A stretch of DNA of 64,000 nt from Protoeuglena noctilucae (GCA_958009085.1 OY253685.1:62001-126000); one strand, 5' to 3'; counted from the first letter of the stretch, positions 36,652-50,979 are shown. Numbers and translations: made by a program. The notes: a model not told the origin generated them from the letters alone.

Positions 36652-37012
36652 GGCGTCTTTGGTTCCCTGTCCCGCGCGAAGGGAGGGGGTCTAGAGACGT
36701 CACTGCCTTGTGGGCTGGACTAGACGAGTCCCAGGAGTGGAATGGTTGAAGGAAGGCGCACTGCAAGATGCGAAATGTGGGAAACAAGGCCCTCTGGCGC
36801 AACTGCGGCACGTGGTGGCTAAGCAAACAAGAAGATCTCCTCAAAACGGCCCAGACGAAATCTGCCACGCATCTTGTGACCGACTGCTCTTTCCTGGCGT
36901 CGTGTGGGCAAGCGATCCCGGACCTATCAGCTGCACGGTGATTGGAGCCCTCTTGCCTGTCTCCTCGCATCCTGCAGCGCGACTTGTAGCATCTGCTCTC
37001 TTCCTCAGCTCC

Positions 37013-38310
37013 ATGGCGAACCCGACGGGCCTGGGCGGCCTCCTCGGGGCTTACGCGAGCGAGGACGAGGGGTCGTCGCCGTCGGGGGCCGAACGGGAGC
37101 CGCGCAGCGCGTCCCCGAGCGCCGATCTCGGGGGAGCTCCCGCGTCCAAAGAGAATGGTGTCTCTCACGCGCCGGGGTGAGCACGGCACGCGGAGCAAAG
37201 CCGCTGCCGGGGCGCATGGTGAGACAAAACCTTTGCAAGCCGTGAGCGACCTGTACGCTCGCTCCTTTCGCAGTGCGGGCGCACCGATGGAGGTGGACGC
37301 AGAAAGAGGGGCCGCACACATGGACTCGGGGCCTGCGGCAGACCAGGGCGGCAGGTGCGATGCCTTCACGGCCCACTTCCGCGACGTGCCCTCCCTCTCC
37401 CGCACCGCGCGCTCATTCCGCCCTATCTCGCTCGTGCAACATGCAGGAGTTCCGAGCTACCAAGAGAGGGCGGCCTCCGCGGCGACGGTGACGCGGGGCC
37501 CCCGCCCGCGGCCCCCGACGCTTCCCAACAAGAGTCCGGCCCCTTTGCGTTCCTCCCCGCCGCTCTCCGCGCCGCGCCGCCCGGGGAGCCCAGCGAACAA
37601 GCGCAGGAGCTCGTTTCGCGTGTGCTGGCGGAGCGCGCGCAGGGCTTGCCAGCTCTCAACGAGCGGCTGCGCCAGCGAAGGGAGGTCCGGGACCCAGGGC
37701 TGCTCACACAGCTGGCGAAGGAGTTTGCGGTGGAGCAGTATCAGTACCGTCACGGGGTACCTGGGGACGTGTGGGACCCGGAGGGGTTCGATCCCCGGCT
37801 CTCCCTCGCCGGGCTGATCGAGGTTAGGGGCAGGGCGGTGGTTGGATTGTGCTTGGTTGGGCTGGGGAGCGCGGCAGGTTGAGACGTACATACAACATGC
37901 GGCAGAGTCCGAGATGCCGATAGTAACCCACTTAACTTAGCTGTCGCTCTCTGTGTGTTACTCAGGAGGAGCGTGAGTGGCGTGCGGCCGAGGAGCGTAA
38001 GCGGGCGGAGGCGGTGGAAAAGAAGAAAGAGGCAGCGAAGGCAGCGACGGTCGCGGCGACACCGGGGCTCGCACTGAACGCGCACAACCTGCGGGCCATC
38101 GAGGAGGCCAAGGTGGGGCACATGGGGGGGGATGGGGTATGTGGGCATGGCATAGAACATGGGGCGACAGGTGGGCAGGTGGTCCAAGGACCCTGCATCT
38201 GTGTGCATATGTGACTGATTCCATGATTTGACCTCTTATCACTGCAGGAGAAGGCCCGGCAGATCGCCAAGGAGCAGGCCCAGGTGGCGCAGCGATTAAA
38301 GGCGCAGTGA
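37013..38310 (+). CDS. SAP30-binding protein / HCNGP-like protein
   Basis: N-terminal LLGAYASEDE and central LNERLRQRREVRDPGLLTQL...VEQY...DVWDP match the HCNGP pattern; coiled-coil C-terminus; four GT-AG introns. Confidence 0.72.
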
Positions 38311-38547
38311 CCGAGGGGGTGCTCGAGTGCAACATGCCGTCATCATGGGGTGCTGATACCACCAGCCTTTCTGGTCAACTCAACACACCATTTGAATCGC
38401 AAATGTACGACTTGAGGGTGCCGCAACTTTCGTCTGCCTTCTCTGTTCAACGCTAGCAGCATGACTGCCGCACGGCGCCAGTCATCTGCCTACCTACACA
38501 AACACACACACACGCGCACACACACACGCACAAACGCTCTCGTTCCC

Positions 38548-40582
38548 TCACATGCGCGGCGCCGGCGCGGCCCTCCCCCCCGGGAACGCCCTGGCCAGCA
38601 CCTCCCCCACAGTGTGCACCCCCACGATTTCCACCTCCTCACGCACCTCCCGCGGCACGTCGTTCTCCACGTCCACCAGGTTGCGGTGCGGCACAAGCAC
38701 CTGCCGCATGCCCGCCCGATGCGCCGCGAGCAGTTTCTCCTTGATCCCACCCACCGGCAGCACCAGGCCCCGCAGCGTGACCTCGCCCGTCATGGCCGTA
38801 TCCGCTCGCACCGTGCGGCCCGTGAACAGAGACACCAGCGCCGTCACCAGCGTCACCCCCGCGCTCGGACCGTCCTTGGGCACCGCGCCCGCAGGCAAGT
38901 GCACGTGCACGTCCCAGCAGTGAGCCGCCGAACGCTCCATCACCTCCCCCGCCCCCACCGCCCCCACCGCCACATTAGATGGCTCCCCCAGACCCCGGGG
39001 CGCGGGGAGGGCGGGACTCGAAGCGTCGCCCGGCAGCGGGGCGCTTGCCGTGGCTATCGCAGCCCCATCGCCACGCCCCTCTGCCACCGCCGCTGCACCG
39101 CCACCCGGCGCCACCCCCGGTGTCGTTATCCCGGGCGCAAAGGTGAACCCCAGGTCTCCGTAAGTCTCCGGGGCAGGCGCGCGACCCCCCGGCCGCCCCC
39201 CCGCCCCCGCCGCTCCCCCGGCGGGGATGCCCAGCTCAGCGGCCCGCGACCGCACCCACGACAGCGCAATCTGCGCACTCTCTCCCAGCACCTCTCCGAC
39301 CTGCCCCGTGACCTTAAGCATGCCCGGCCTGCCTGGAGGAGCAATAGCCACTCTCGCGCACTCCACGTACTGCACGGCGCCTCCCGTGGACGTCCACACC
39401 AGCCCCGCCACCGCTCCGGGGCCCGTCACGCGCTCGCGGGCCTGCACAGGCAGGACAGGTGTGATTGAACTGGATATTGTGACTGAATGTTACAACTGAT
39501 CAAACCATGCGATGCCAGATCAGTTAACTTGCGCTGCACACCACTGCCACTAGCAACCCACATCATCCCCGCTCATCTCACCTCTGGCCCCGTGAACCGC
39601 CTCGGCCCCAGCACTTGTGCCACCACCTCCTCCGTCACCACAAACGGACCCTCCTCCGCCCCCATCCCCTTCCCCTTCCCCTCCCTCTCGCCCCCCTCCC
39701 CCTTCCCCTCTCCCTCCCCCTCCCCCTCGCCCGCCCCCACCAATGGGCTCCCCCCACCACCCAGCACCTCCCTCAGCCTGTCCCTTGTATGCCTCACCAC
39801 CTCGGCTGTTCCCTCCCCTTTACCCTTCACACCCTTACCCCCCTCCCCCGCCCCCTCCCGCGCATCCATTGCCGTCGCCCTCGCCACCGCCACATGCCGG
39901 CACAGCGCCGCCAGGCACCTCCCCAGCCCCCGCACCCCCGCCTCGCGCGTGTACCCCTCCACCACCGCCCCGATCAACGCATCCGTCACATCCACCGACC
40001 CCTCCGCCAGCCCGTGCTCCTGCACCACTTTCGGCAGCACGTGCGTACGTGCAATCGCCACCTTCTCGTGCAGGGTATACCCAGACACGGGTATGACCTC
40101 CAGTCGGTCCAGGAGGGGAGCGGGCACCTCCTCCAGTCGGTTGGCGGTGCACAGGAACACGACGGCGTCCAGTGGGAAGGGCAGGGCGAGGTAGGTGTCG
40201 GTGAAGGCGGCGTTCTGCTCGGGGTCCAGGACCTCCAGGAGGGCACTGGCGGGGTCGCCGCTGGGGGGGGAGATGGGGGGGTTTGATAAGGGGTGGGGGT
40301 GTGGAGGGGGCGGGGGTGAGGGTGGTGGTGGGAGCAGGGAGCAGTGGGGGGTGGGAGGGTGATGGGGGGTTAGAGGGTGGGGGTGAGGGTGGTGGTGGTC
40401 GCATGCTGCTGTCCCATGTTCCCATCTTCTCTCCTTCATGTCCCTTCCCATCGCACCCCTCACTTATCACTCATCCAATCTCACCGTATGTCCCTCCCCA
40501 CCTTGTCCACCTCGTCCAGCAGCAGCACCGGGTCCCTGCACCGCGCCTTCCGCATCGCCTGCAATACGCGCCCGGGCATGGC

Positions 40583-40615
<33 letters not shown>

Positions 40616-43600
40616 CGCCTCGTCACGCACGCCACCCAGGGCGATGCGCTGCAGGGGGCGGCCCAGCACGTGGGCGACTGCGAACGGGAGGGGGGGGGAG
40701 AAATAAGGATCAAGATAGTGTGTTGGTGATGTATTGGTTATGATCAGAGCGTGGGTGAGGTGCTGCAGGGGGCGGCCCAGCACGTGGGCGACTGCAGTGG
40801 GGAGATGGGATATGGGGTGAGAGATGGAGTGAGGGAGTGAGATCATGCAGAGTGCTCTCCCTCTCTCCCTCCCCCCTCACCTGACCGCGCCAGGCTCGTC
40901 TTCTCCTCACCCAGCTACCCCCACTCTACCCATGCTTTCTCTCTCTCCCTCACCTGACCGCGCCAGGCTCGTCTTCCCCACCCCAGGCGGCCCCGCGAAG
41001 CACAGAATGGCACCCTTGGTGTCACTGCCACGGAGACGACTGCGGGATGGGAGAACGATACGGCTATTTACAGTAATAATCTCTATGTCTAGTAAATATC
41101 CCTATAACTATAATCACTTGACTGTGTGTTGTCCTCTCCATGCCTCAACACACTGCCATATCACCCCATCTCCACTCCCTCACCGCACTGCCAGGTACTG
41201 AATGATGCGGTCCTTGACCTTCCCCAGGCCGTAGTGCTCCCGGTCCAGCAGTGCACGGGCATCAGACAGCGTGCGGCAGGCGACGAGTGTGGAGGGGTCC
41301 TGGAGGGGCCTGAACGGGAATGGGGAACAAGTGGGGTGTTGAGAGATGTGCATTGAAGATGTGAGGGAAGCTGGGAGCGAAGAAAGTTGAGTCGAGTCGC
41401 ATCCAGCTTTGGTGACCCCACCCGCACCCGACATACCCGCACCCTCCCCCCCCCCCCACCACCCCTCACCTCGGCACCCCCGTCTGCTCCCCCTCCTTCC
41501 CCGCACCCCCCTCCGCCCCATTCGCAGCATTTGCAGCCTCAGTCGCCAAATCGGCCGCCCACCGCCTCCAGGGCAGCTCCGCAATCAGTTCCACGTATTG
41601 CATGGCCGCCGCGTGCCCCGGCTGCTGCTCGCCCATCTTGCGGGCGCGGCGGAGCTCACTGGGGGGGGAGGGGAAGACAGGAGGGGTTTGGTGATGGTGA
41701 TGGGTGCTTGTGGGGGAGCTGACACTATGCGAGTTGACGCATCCATGCTCGCACCGGGACCCCCACTTCACCCACCCCCACACCCACACCCACACCCACA
41801 CCCACACCCACACCCACACCCACACCCACACCCACACCCACACCCACACCCACAACCACACCCACACCCACACCCACACCCCCACCTACACCCACACCCA
41901 CACCCACACTGCTACCCCCACCCCCACCCACGCCCCCCCCATCTCACCGCATGGCCACCCTCATGACTTCCTCCGGAGGGGCCGCGGCCTGCAGTCGGTC
42001 CTGCAGCTGCTGGTACCCATCGTCGCCACCGTCACCCAGTGCATATGGGATGCCGCCGGGTGAGACGCCCCCGCTGCCCAGCCCAGCGCCGGGCGTCAGC
42101 AGGCGGGCGCGCTGGGAGGGGGCGGGGCCGGGGCGAGGGAGGCTGCGGGGGGTGGGAGATGGGTTGGGATGAACGTGGCGATGGTGGGTGAGACGGGCGG
42201 TGGTAAGTGCACAATCAAGTGTGGGTGCACAATGAAGTTGTGACTGGGTGCGGGGTGGGCGCCATGGCATGGTATGCGTGTGCAAGTGACACAGAGAGGT
42301 CGTCAGCGTGTCGACCATCGCGTGTGTCCCCCTCACCGTGCTGCCGCCCCCCCCCTCCTCCCCCCCCCCTGGATCCCCGCGAGCGTGGACCTGACCAGCG
42401 CCAGTGCCTTCTCTGCCGCCTCGATGGCCAGCTTCACGCGGCTGGTGGGGTTTGCCGTGGCGAGGGCCTCCAGGCGGTCGTCCAATGACACTGGGGGGGG
42501 TGGTGGTGAGAGAGAAGATGGATGGATAGATGGCTTAAAGAAAAGACAGAGTTGGTTGCAACACAGATGGTGAGATGCGACGCTCTCTATCGCTACCCCG
42601 CGCACCGCCACCCCGACTCACCGCACAGGACGGACAGGATGAGGTCGGCCCCCACGTGCGCCGGCACCCGCTCCAGCGCCCCGGCCAGCTCATCCGTCGG
42701 TGCCCCCGTCGCCTGCCCCACCAGCGCAAGCAGCTCTGCAACCGACCCACGCAGCGACTCCGCCAGAGAGGCGCGCACTGGGCCCTCTCCCGCTGCATTG
42801 TCGCTGTTACTGCTCCCGTTCGCTCCTCGGCCCTGCCCCTCCTCTGCTTGCTCCCCCGGCGGGGTCGGGACCAGGCCCATGGGGCTCACGCGGGCTGCGG
42901 GGGGGTGGCGAGTGCGGCGCAGGTGGTGGGTGGGGCTACTTGTCGGCAGCTGCATGCGGAGTGTTTTGCTGACCGCTGCAGAGACGACCCGTTGCCCCTC
43001 GTCTCACCCGTTGGCTACCCATAGCGTTGTCAACACTACCCCACTTACCACCCCACCCACACCTTTCACCCTAGTCTTGCCCGTCAGGTACTTCTCAGCG
43101 TTGTTTGTTCACAGCACCACCACTCCACCCCTCATCTCTCACCCGTCAGGTACCCATCAACGTCCTCAATGGCCCCCGCGCTGACCCTCCCCACCCCCTC
43201 CAGCACCACCAGATACTCCCCCGTCTCTGGCAGAAGCGTGACCTGGGACGCCCTCGCGAGCGCCGCCATCGAGTAGAGGCCGTCGGCCACGTCGCCCACC
43301 ACCGCCTCCTCCACCACCTGTGGTCGCGTTAATGGTGATACTATGTAAGTGAGTGACCAGCTTGACAAAAGAAAAGATATTGCAGAGAGATGGCGACACA
43401 GGCAGCAAGCTACCTTCAGCAAGCTACCTTCTGCTTCGCCCAGCATCACTACCGACCGACCCTCACGCTGGCCCCAGCGCGACTACCCGGGCCCGCTTAC
43501 CTGCTGGGCGGAGGCGGCGTCCATGAGGCCCCGGGTGAGAAAGGGCGCGACGGCCACGAAGCGGGGCAGGCCGCGCTCCTCCCCGGATGCGGCCAGGTGC

Positions 43601-43854
43601 ATCGCCAGGCGCTTGGTGCGCCGACCGCGGCCCCCGACCCTGCAGGCGACGCGGAGGGCCCCGCGGTCGATGCTTCCCGCAGTAATGGACGCGCACGAGT
43701 GCACAGAACGCTCCAGAACGCACCGGACGGTCATGAGGCTCGTCGGGAGGAGGACGCGGTCCACAATGGGGAGCAGTGGCACGCGCAGGTTGTGGAGGGC
43801 CTGCACGCCCGCGTCGCGGGGCTCGGCCCCCGACCGGGCGCGCGAATTGGACAT
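38548..43854 (-). CDS. LON2: Lon protease, peroxisomal (LON2-type)
   Basis: Lon N-domain ([10 protein letters not shown]), AAA+ motifs [57 protein letters not shown]; protease PKDGPSAG and PVGGIKEK; C-terminal PRM* resembles a PTS1. Eleven GT-AG introns. Confidence 0.93.
41778..41909. repeat. (CACACC)n hexamer microsatellite in a Lon intron
   Basis: About 20 near-perfect CCACAC units. Confidence 0.9.
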
Positions 43855-44376
43855 GGACTCCCTCTCGCACCGGCGGACTGCGAGCGCGTGCGGACAGGCG
43901 GGCTATTCACGCCGCGTCGGGGGCGGGAAGGGGGAGGGTGCTGGGCGTCCTTTCTGCGATCCGTGCAAAGTCGACAGGGCCCGGGACGGGCGGACATGCA
44001 GTCGAGTCGATGCCATGGCGCAGGAATTGCCATCCTTCCGCGCTTCCGCCGCCCCAATTGGCGCAACAGCCCTCCCGCCCTAGCAAACCCTTTCCACGCG
44101 CGGCGGAGGCGCGAGGGACGAGTGCGTGGCACGATTCGGGATGTGCCGATCGTAATTATGGAATTGCGATCAACGCGGCACGCCCGGACCGATCCAGCGC
44201 GCGCGACCGAGCCAATTCACACCTGGGACGACTCCCTCGGAATTGAATGATCGGAAGCGGCTGCCCGTGACCACAGAAGGCGCACGTTCAACCGGCGAAC
44301 ATGCATCTCGCAGCCTAGGCCCGCCAGGGATGAGAAACCGCCGTGCCAGGCAGCGGTGTCGTGCCGACAGCTCAGC

Positions 44377-45473
44377 TCAGCCGACCACGCTCGACTCCTC
44401 CCCCGCGACCTCCAGGTCCCCCGCGTGCGCGACGCCCGCCTGGGCCAGGCGCTGCGCGACGGCCTCCTTGGCGCGCGAGTAGACGTCCCGCCCATCCGCC
44501 AGTTCCAGCACGGGCAGCGCGGACGCGGACCCGGGCCCCGTGTCCTGGATCTCCGAGTACTGGCCGCACCTCGGCCGGTCCTGCATCCACACGCCGTCGT
44601 AGCGCTTGTTCTCCCCGATGAAGTAGTACGTCCCCTCGCCCTGCTTGGCGTCTGCGAACCACGACCCCTCGTACACGTCCCCGTTGCCCCGGCTCAGCGT
44701 CCCGTGCCCGTGCCGCTTGTCGTTCACCCAGTCCCCCTCGTACACGTCCCCAGAGTCCCCGCCGTACACCTGCTTGCCTCGCCCGTGGCGCATCCCGCTC
44801 ATAAACTCCCCCTGCGGCGACAGGAAACCGCATTTTGAGCCTCGCTGCGTGCGCATTCGCGATATTGGAAGCGATAGAAGAGAAAATGGCGATTCCCCGC
44901 GTCGCCCACCTGGTACATGTCGCCGTTGTCTGCGAAGAGCACCCCCTCCCCGTGCGGGAGGTCGTTCAGCCACGATCCATTGTAGCGCACGCGATACCTT
45001 CCCGCATCATAGACCCAGTAGACGCCCAGTCCGCTCCTGCGGCACGGCGGACGGGGAGCGGCGTTCGACACAGTGTGCGACATGCCGGGTCCCGCGCGCC
45101 CCCGCCGGCGCTGCCGCCCACCTGACGTTCTCCTCCCACTCGCCCTCGTACTTGTCGCCGTTCTTGTAGACCATGGTCCCCTTTCCGTGCTTCTTGTTGT
45201 CCAGCCATTCGCCCGCATATTGCTCCCCCGACGCCCAATACACCGTCTTGTGGACCCCGTTCTTGTTCGCCTGCTTGCAGAACGAGCGACTTGGGCCAAT
45301 GTCCTGCCTTCAGTGCGACTGCACGTGCCGCGCCGGGTCATGGCGGGCGAGGGGAGGCATCCGGCGCGCACCTTGTGGTCCCACGTCTTCCACAGCTGCG
45401 TCGAGCTCGCCGTCGCGCCCCGAGCGCCGCGGCTTAGCCGCGCACTGTCCGCGGGGCTCGTGTCCCAGTCCAT
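44377..45473 (-). CDS. MORN3: MORN repeat protein, MORN3-like
   Basis: Repeated Y.GEW.....HG.G MORN units; N-terminal WKTWDHKANKNG...TVY and C-terminal LPVLEL resemble MORN3. Confidence 0.8.
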
Positions 45474-45927
45474 GTTCGGCTGCAATCCCACGCATGCCAC
45501 GTGAAATGTGGAGGCAGGGCCTTTTGTCGCACGGCGCGGACGCGCTTCCAGCTCTCACGGCACCCTCCGTCTGCACACGCTCTACGAAACACTAGCACGA
45601 CTCTGCGAGACGCTCGCCGGCGTGCGCGCAGGCCTTGATGGGCCGTCGCCTGCGAGTCTGCTGAAGCAACGCAGCTGGGCAGCGTTCGCTGGGCGGGAAG
45701 CGGTCCTCGCAGCGTTGAGGCACCACGTGCTGGCGCGCTACCCACGGGAGGCAAAGAGCGGGGCTGCGCTCTTGCCAGATCCCAGGTTCGTGCCGCGAGT
45801 AAGACGAGGGACTGCGATCAAATTAGCAACGCCAAAAGCACTGCATACTCATGCTTGTTTCTCTGCTTACTTGACACTCTCCCTGCAAGCCCAAGACCGC
45901 TTCCTCACTGCGCGTCACACGCGGACC

Positions 45928-48185
45928 ATGGCTGCCTCCCATGGCTCGCCGCTGCAGCCATGGACGCCGGGCTCGCAGGCACATGTCAGAAGCATTGATG
46001 ACGTGCATGCGATCTGTTCGTTCCGCGACCCTCGCGAGGACTTGGACAGGTCGCTGCAGTACTCCCCGGGCTTCGGGCCTCGGGCCGGTGGCCTCCCGAA
46101 GCACGCGCCGGGATCGGGACCCGTGCCCGACATCTTTGACATGGCCCTGCGCCAGCGGGAGGACCTGTCCGCCACGGCGGCCCGCGTGTACGAGGAGCAG
46201 CTCCGCGAACGCCGCACTCTCAAGGCCGAGGCGAGTGCGCCGCGCGATGACTTTCGCGTGCCGCGTTACCGTGCAATGGAATGCAAATACCACGCGCAGG
46301 CGTGGGGACCCGCTCGTTCGCCTGGACCCGCGCGATCACCGAGCCTGTGGGCGCACCCCGTGGGTCGATGCTGCTGCGCCCGCAGAACGAGCGGCTGCAC
46401 CGGGACCTCGACGTCCTCACTATCCGAGCTCGCATCGCGGAGAACGGGCGCGACGATGCGCTCGGGTCCCTCGCGCGGGCCGAGCGGCGGGCGGAGGAGC
46501 TGCACAAGCAGGGCGTGGGACTGCAGAGGGAGCTGCGGGAGGCCGCAGCCGCCGCGCAGCAGCGGGACGAGGTGGCGCGGGTGCAGGAGAATCGGATACG
46601 TGTGCTGAGCGAGCACCTGGCGCGCGAGAGGCGCGCGGGGGCGGACGCGCGGTCAGCGCTAGCGCAGGCGCAGGAGCGGAGCTCCGAGGCCCGCGCGGAG
46701 GCGCGCGAGTCGGCGCGCAAGCTGCAGGCGAGGGTCTTAGTGAGTAGCATCTATGCATGGTCGCCCGGAGCGTGGAGATGAGGGTTTGGGTCGCGTTTTA
46801 CTCTCGCAGGACTCTCAGGAGCGAGAGCGTGTGTTGCGAGGGGAGGTGGAGTCCGAGCGACGGGGCCGGTCGATGCTGGAAGAGCGCATCAGCTGCATGC
46901 GGGGCCAGCTGGAGGAGTACAAGGAGGCGGGCGAGTGCTGCTGATCTGATCGCGGATGCCTTGGGCATTGCGTGTTTGCTGAGACACCCAGACCATCTCT
47001 CGCCCCGCCCGCGCAGTCGAATCGCTGTCAAGGGCGCTGACGAAGAAGCAGGAGGAGGCTCGGACCCTGTCAGCCTCTCTTCGGACTCGCGAGGAGCAGG
47101 CGGCAGCACTGGGGCGGGTCACCGAGGAACGAGACCGACTGCGGGACCTCCTCAGAGAGCAGGCGAGGGCTGAAGGGACTTTAACAGACGCTTTCGCATG
47201 TTGTTATGACTAATACATAGGTAAGATGAGATTCAGATGACGGTCACTGCTGCTGTTTGTTGTGACCAGGAGGCAGAGGCGGGGGCGCTGAGGGAGCGAC
47301 TAGGAGAGGCGGCACGGAGCCTGGACCGTGCGCGAGCGGAGCTCGAGGTGTCCTCCGGGCTGCTGCGGAGTCGGTTGCGGGAGCTGGAGGACGCGCGGCG
47401 CGCGCTGAGTGTTGCGGAGGAGCGGGCGCGTGGCCTGGAGCGTCAGCATGGGGCAGCGGCAAGGGAGGTGCTGCAGCTGTCGGGGGAGCTGGTGCGCGCG
47501 GAGAGGGAGAGGGACCAGGCGGTGGTGCAGCTGGGGAGGATGCAGGGGCAGGAAGACGTGCTGCGGTGAGGGCACGCGCGGTGCGGGGGTGGGTACAGCG
47601 CTGGGTGCTGCTCGGGTCCGCCCCATTGTCACCCTGCTGAGTCGCAATCCTACGCTTCCATGACTTGACTGATCGACTCATGCCACGACAAGCACATACA
47701 CAACCCCTCATGTTTTCTTTCACTCGTCCCCCTCCCAGTCCCTGCTCTCTGTTGGAGCTCCAGGCATTGGTGGCTCTGTCCGAGCAGGCGGCGCCCAAGC
47801 TGAGGGAGGCCATGGTGCAGGCGGCGCTAAGGGAGAAGGACGCAGAGGTGAGGCGCTGGCTGGGATGCCAGAGGAGGGTAGTGTCATGGCCGATCGTGCT
47901 ATCGCATCCAGTTACCCTCATAGCATCTCCTCTGTACTATCAGCAGCAGCTGGTATCTCTGCATAGCAGCTAGCCACAACGAGTGTGCTGTCTCATATGC
48001 TCTCATCCCTCCCTCCCTTCCCTTCACAGACAGCAGAGGCGACGCGATGTTCGGTGTGCTGGCACTCCCGCAAGGACACGGCCCTCAACTGCGGCCACGT
48101 CTTCTGCGAGCCATGCGCGGGCCGCGTCGACACCTGCCCCGTGTGCCGCGCGACCATTTGCGCACGCACACGGGTGTTTATGTAG
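45928..48185 (+). CDS. Coiled-coil protein with C-terminal RING-HC finger (putative E3 ligase)
   Basis: E/R/A/L heptad-rich exons followed by CSVC...NCGHVFCEPC...CPVCR. Exons 45928-46230, 46386-46727, 46810-46930, 47017-47162, 47270-47565, 47739-47847, 48030-48185. Confidence 0.8.
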
Positions 48186-48432
48186 AAGACTGGGTGTGCA
48201 TACCAGCCATGCAGGCCAGGCATCGTGACGTAGTATACATTGTGCAGAAGCGACGTCAACAGCTTTGAACAGGCGTTGGTTAAGTTTCGAGAGGGACTGT
48301 CACAACAAGCGGTGGGGATTAACACATTCAGTTGCTGCTAAGGAGCGCACAATGCTGCACACAGTCGCACAACACAGTCGGTCAATGCAGCTGTGATGAC
48401 ACGTCAACAGAGACCTTTGACAGCGGCTCTCT

Positions 48433-50979
48433 TCACATGCCATCGAGGTACCGCTGCAGCTCTGTGATGCCTACCCCCCTTGCCACCCTCTCCACAAAGT
48501 CACGGTCAGCGTGGCACGTGTACTTGGCCCTGTGGGCACAGCGAGTATACACGGGGTGGTTATCCAAGTGTTATCCAAGTAACGGACGCATTTCTGAATT
48601 GGTGGAGATAAACAAAGCGGCAACTTGATCGACAACGTGCACCCAGGCTGCACCCTATGCGCATGCATGCGCCTGAGTCACTCACCTCTCCGGGTGCCGG
48701 TCGAAGCTGTGGAAGTGCAGCAGCCTCCACTCCACCAGCTCCCGCACCGCGAGCAGGATGTCCGCGTGGAGCTCCCGACCAGTGACGTAGTCGGGGATCT
48801 GGAAAGGGCCCTCGCCCGTGTCAGCGTGCATCTTGTCGGCCTGCGAGAGAGGCATGGGTGAAGACGAGATGCCGAGACATGCCAGTGGCTTGACATGGCA
48901 CTTACAGTGCACACTGATTGGGTCATGGTTGACGGCAGCTCACCTGCACGCAGGGGCGCTCTCACTGTGCCTCACTGGCCCACACCGCAACTCACCGCAG
49001 CCTTGAGCAGGCCCTTGTGCACCGTCAGCAGGCGGTCGAGCGTGAAGGGTCGGGGTCCGTTCAGTCGCTCCTCCCTCACGAGATCGTCCCGCTGCAGAGG
49101 ACATGTGAGGCGCATGCATGGCGATGGGCGATGGGCGACGTGGGGTGAGCGGCAGCGCATGCGTGGATGGATCGATGGTTGCTGTCCGGGACGCTATAGA
49201 TGTACAAGAACAACCAACCAGTGATTTGCACACAACTTTCCCCTCAGGTCCCACCTGGTCTGTCCCCGCCGCCCCCATCTTCCGCTTGCGCCCCCGCCCC
49301 TGCACCCCCGTCGTGAAGACGAGCTCATTGTTCGACGCCACGAACGCCGCCACCAGCAAATGCCGGGCCGTCTCGGCGAGCTCGTTCTCCCCGGACCCCG
49401 CGTGCACCCCCATGCGCATCACTGCTGTCCGGATAGCGTCCTTTGCTAGCCCCAGCAGCACTGGGGTGTTGGACGGGCCTGCCTTGCCCGCCACCACGGG
49501 CCTGCGATAGGCCAGGTACAGCGGCACGGCCTCGTGCACCAGAGACGCGACGTCCGTGGCGGCCTTGAGTAAGGGGGGCAACCCTCGGCGCACAAAACCC
49601 GACAGAGTGTTGCGTTCGGTCGAGGCGTCCAGCCGCTCCTCGTCCCCCAGCCGCGCCTCGACTTCGCGAGCCAAGTGGCCCTCCGCCACGTCGCACAGCT
49701 GAGCGGGGGAGTAGCGGGGGAACGCCACGGGACTGGGGGGCCAATGGGCGAGGGAGCGGGGTTAACGTTGACACTTGGTTTCAGCGTGCGTGTGGTGACT
49801 TGCTGTGGCTGTGGAGGCCATGCATTGGTCAAGAGTGCAACACGGGCGCAATGCACATGGGTCAAGGGATGACTGTGGTCCAACCATGTCTGCTCCCCAT
49901 CTCCTCTCACCGCACCGCCCCCAGACCCGCCCGGCTCGCTCGGACCAGGCAGGCATCCATCGCCGTCTCTGCGAGTCTGCTGATCAGCACCACCGTGATA
50001 TCCACGCCCGACAGCTCCCGCAATCGCGCGAGGGCCACCAAAGTCTCGGGCCGTACGCCTACGCTCCCTATAGGCCCACCGCCCACGAAACGCTCTGCTC
50101 TGTCGACCACGAGGATTAAGGGAGGGCTGGGGTCCGGGAGCAGTCGCGCAAGAGCGGAGCAGAACTCGTCGATGCGACTGAGGGCGCAAGGGGGGTGGTC
50201 ACAGGTGGTCATGGAGAGTGCGAGTGTGGGGGTGGCTGTGGTTGGGTGGCGTTGACAGGAACAAGGAGAGACAGGCCAGAAAAGGATTGACTGCTGTCTT
50301 ATAACAACAGCTTGTGCCTGCATCCGATCCATGAAAATGCCGTGTCTCCCTGCTCACCGGCAGGGTCGTCGTTTGTCGCTTTGTGGTTCCATGCCCAGCG
50401 CCTCCCGCACGCCTGAGAGCGTCCGTCGCAGAAAGTTCTCCTCGGATTGCATGTAATAGGGCTGCGTCCAGCAGAACACGGCGCCCAGGGCCAGCAGCAC
50501 TGCGCGCGTCACGGTGCTCTTGCCGCTGTGGGGCGGTCCGCTGACGAACACCGGGGCACTGCTGGGCGACAAGAGGTGCTGGGCCAGCATAGCAATCTGT
50601 TCCTGGCGGTGAGGGAATGCGCGCTCGACGCTCGCCAGCCTCGCATGGCACGCCCTGAGATGCAGGGACAAGGGCGGACGAGTCGGGCGAAGCGTGCAAG
50701 GCAGCCTGGGAAAGCACACACAGCCTGGGCAGCGAGGGCGCGCAGGCATCGAGAGTTGGTGCAAACAATGATTTGAATGCATCGCTCGCGCGCTCGCCTC
50801 TCGAAGTCTTCGCAGGTGGCGGGCATGGCGACGTTTGCAGTGTCGGGGCGCGGCCCGGCCTCTGCGCCCCGGTCGCGCGCCGCGTCGTCGGCCGGTTCAG
50901 CGACTTCTGGGTCCGAGGTGTGCTTGGCACGTTTCGATGGCTTGGGACGGCCACCCGCTTTGACCGTGGCGCGTGCCAT
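48433..50979 (-). CDS. ORC5: Origin recognition complex subunit 5 (divergent)
   Basis: FPHRQEQI, Walker A GPPHSGKS, LVVDRAE, FPRYS, LLVAAFVASNN, GPRPFTLDRLL, C-terminal KYTC...VARGVG...RYL. Confidence 0.82.

Noticed and set aside
41725..41931. VW/PH/HT dipeptide-repeat ORFs
   Set aside because: They are translations of an intronic hexamer microsatellite.
22229..48185. Global TAG/TAA->Gln code reassignment
   Set aside because: No TAR codons were seen within conserved domains, and TAG/TAA end genes at plausible positions (48183, 22229, 59915). Only two local TAG cases remain, reported as findings.
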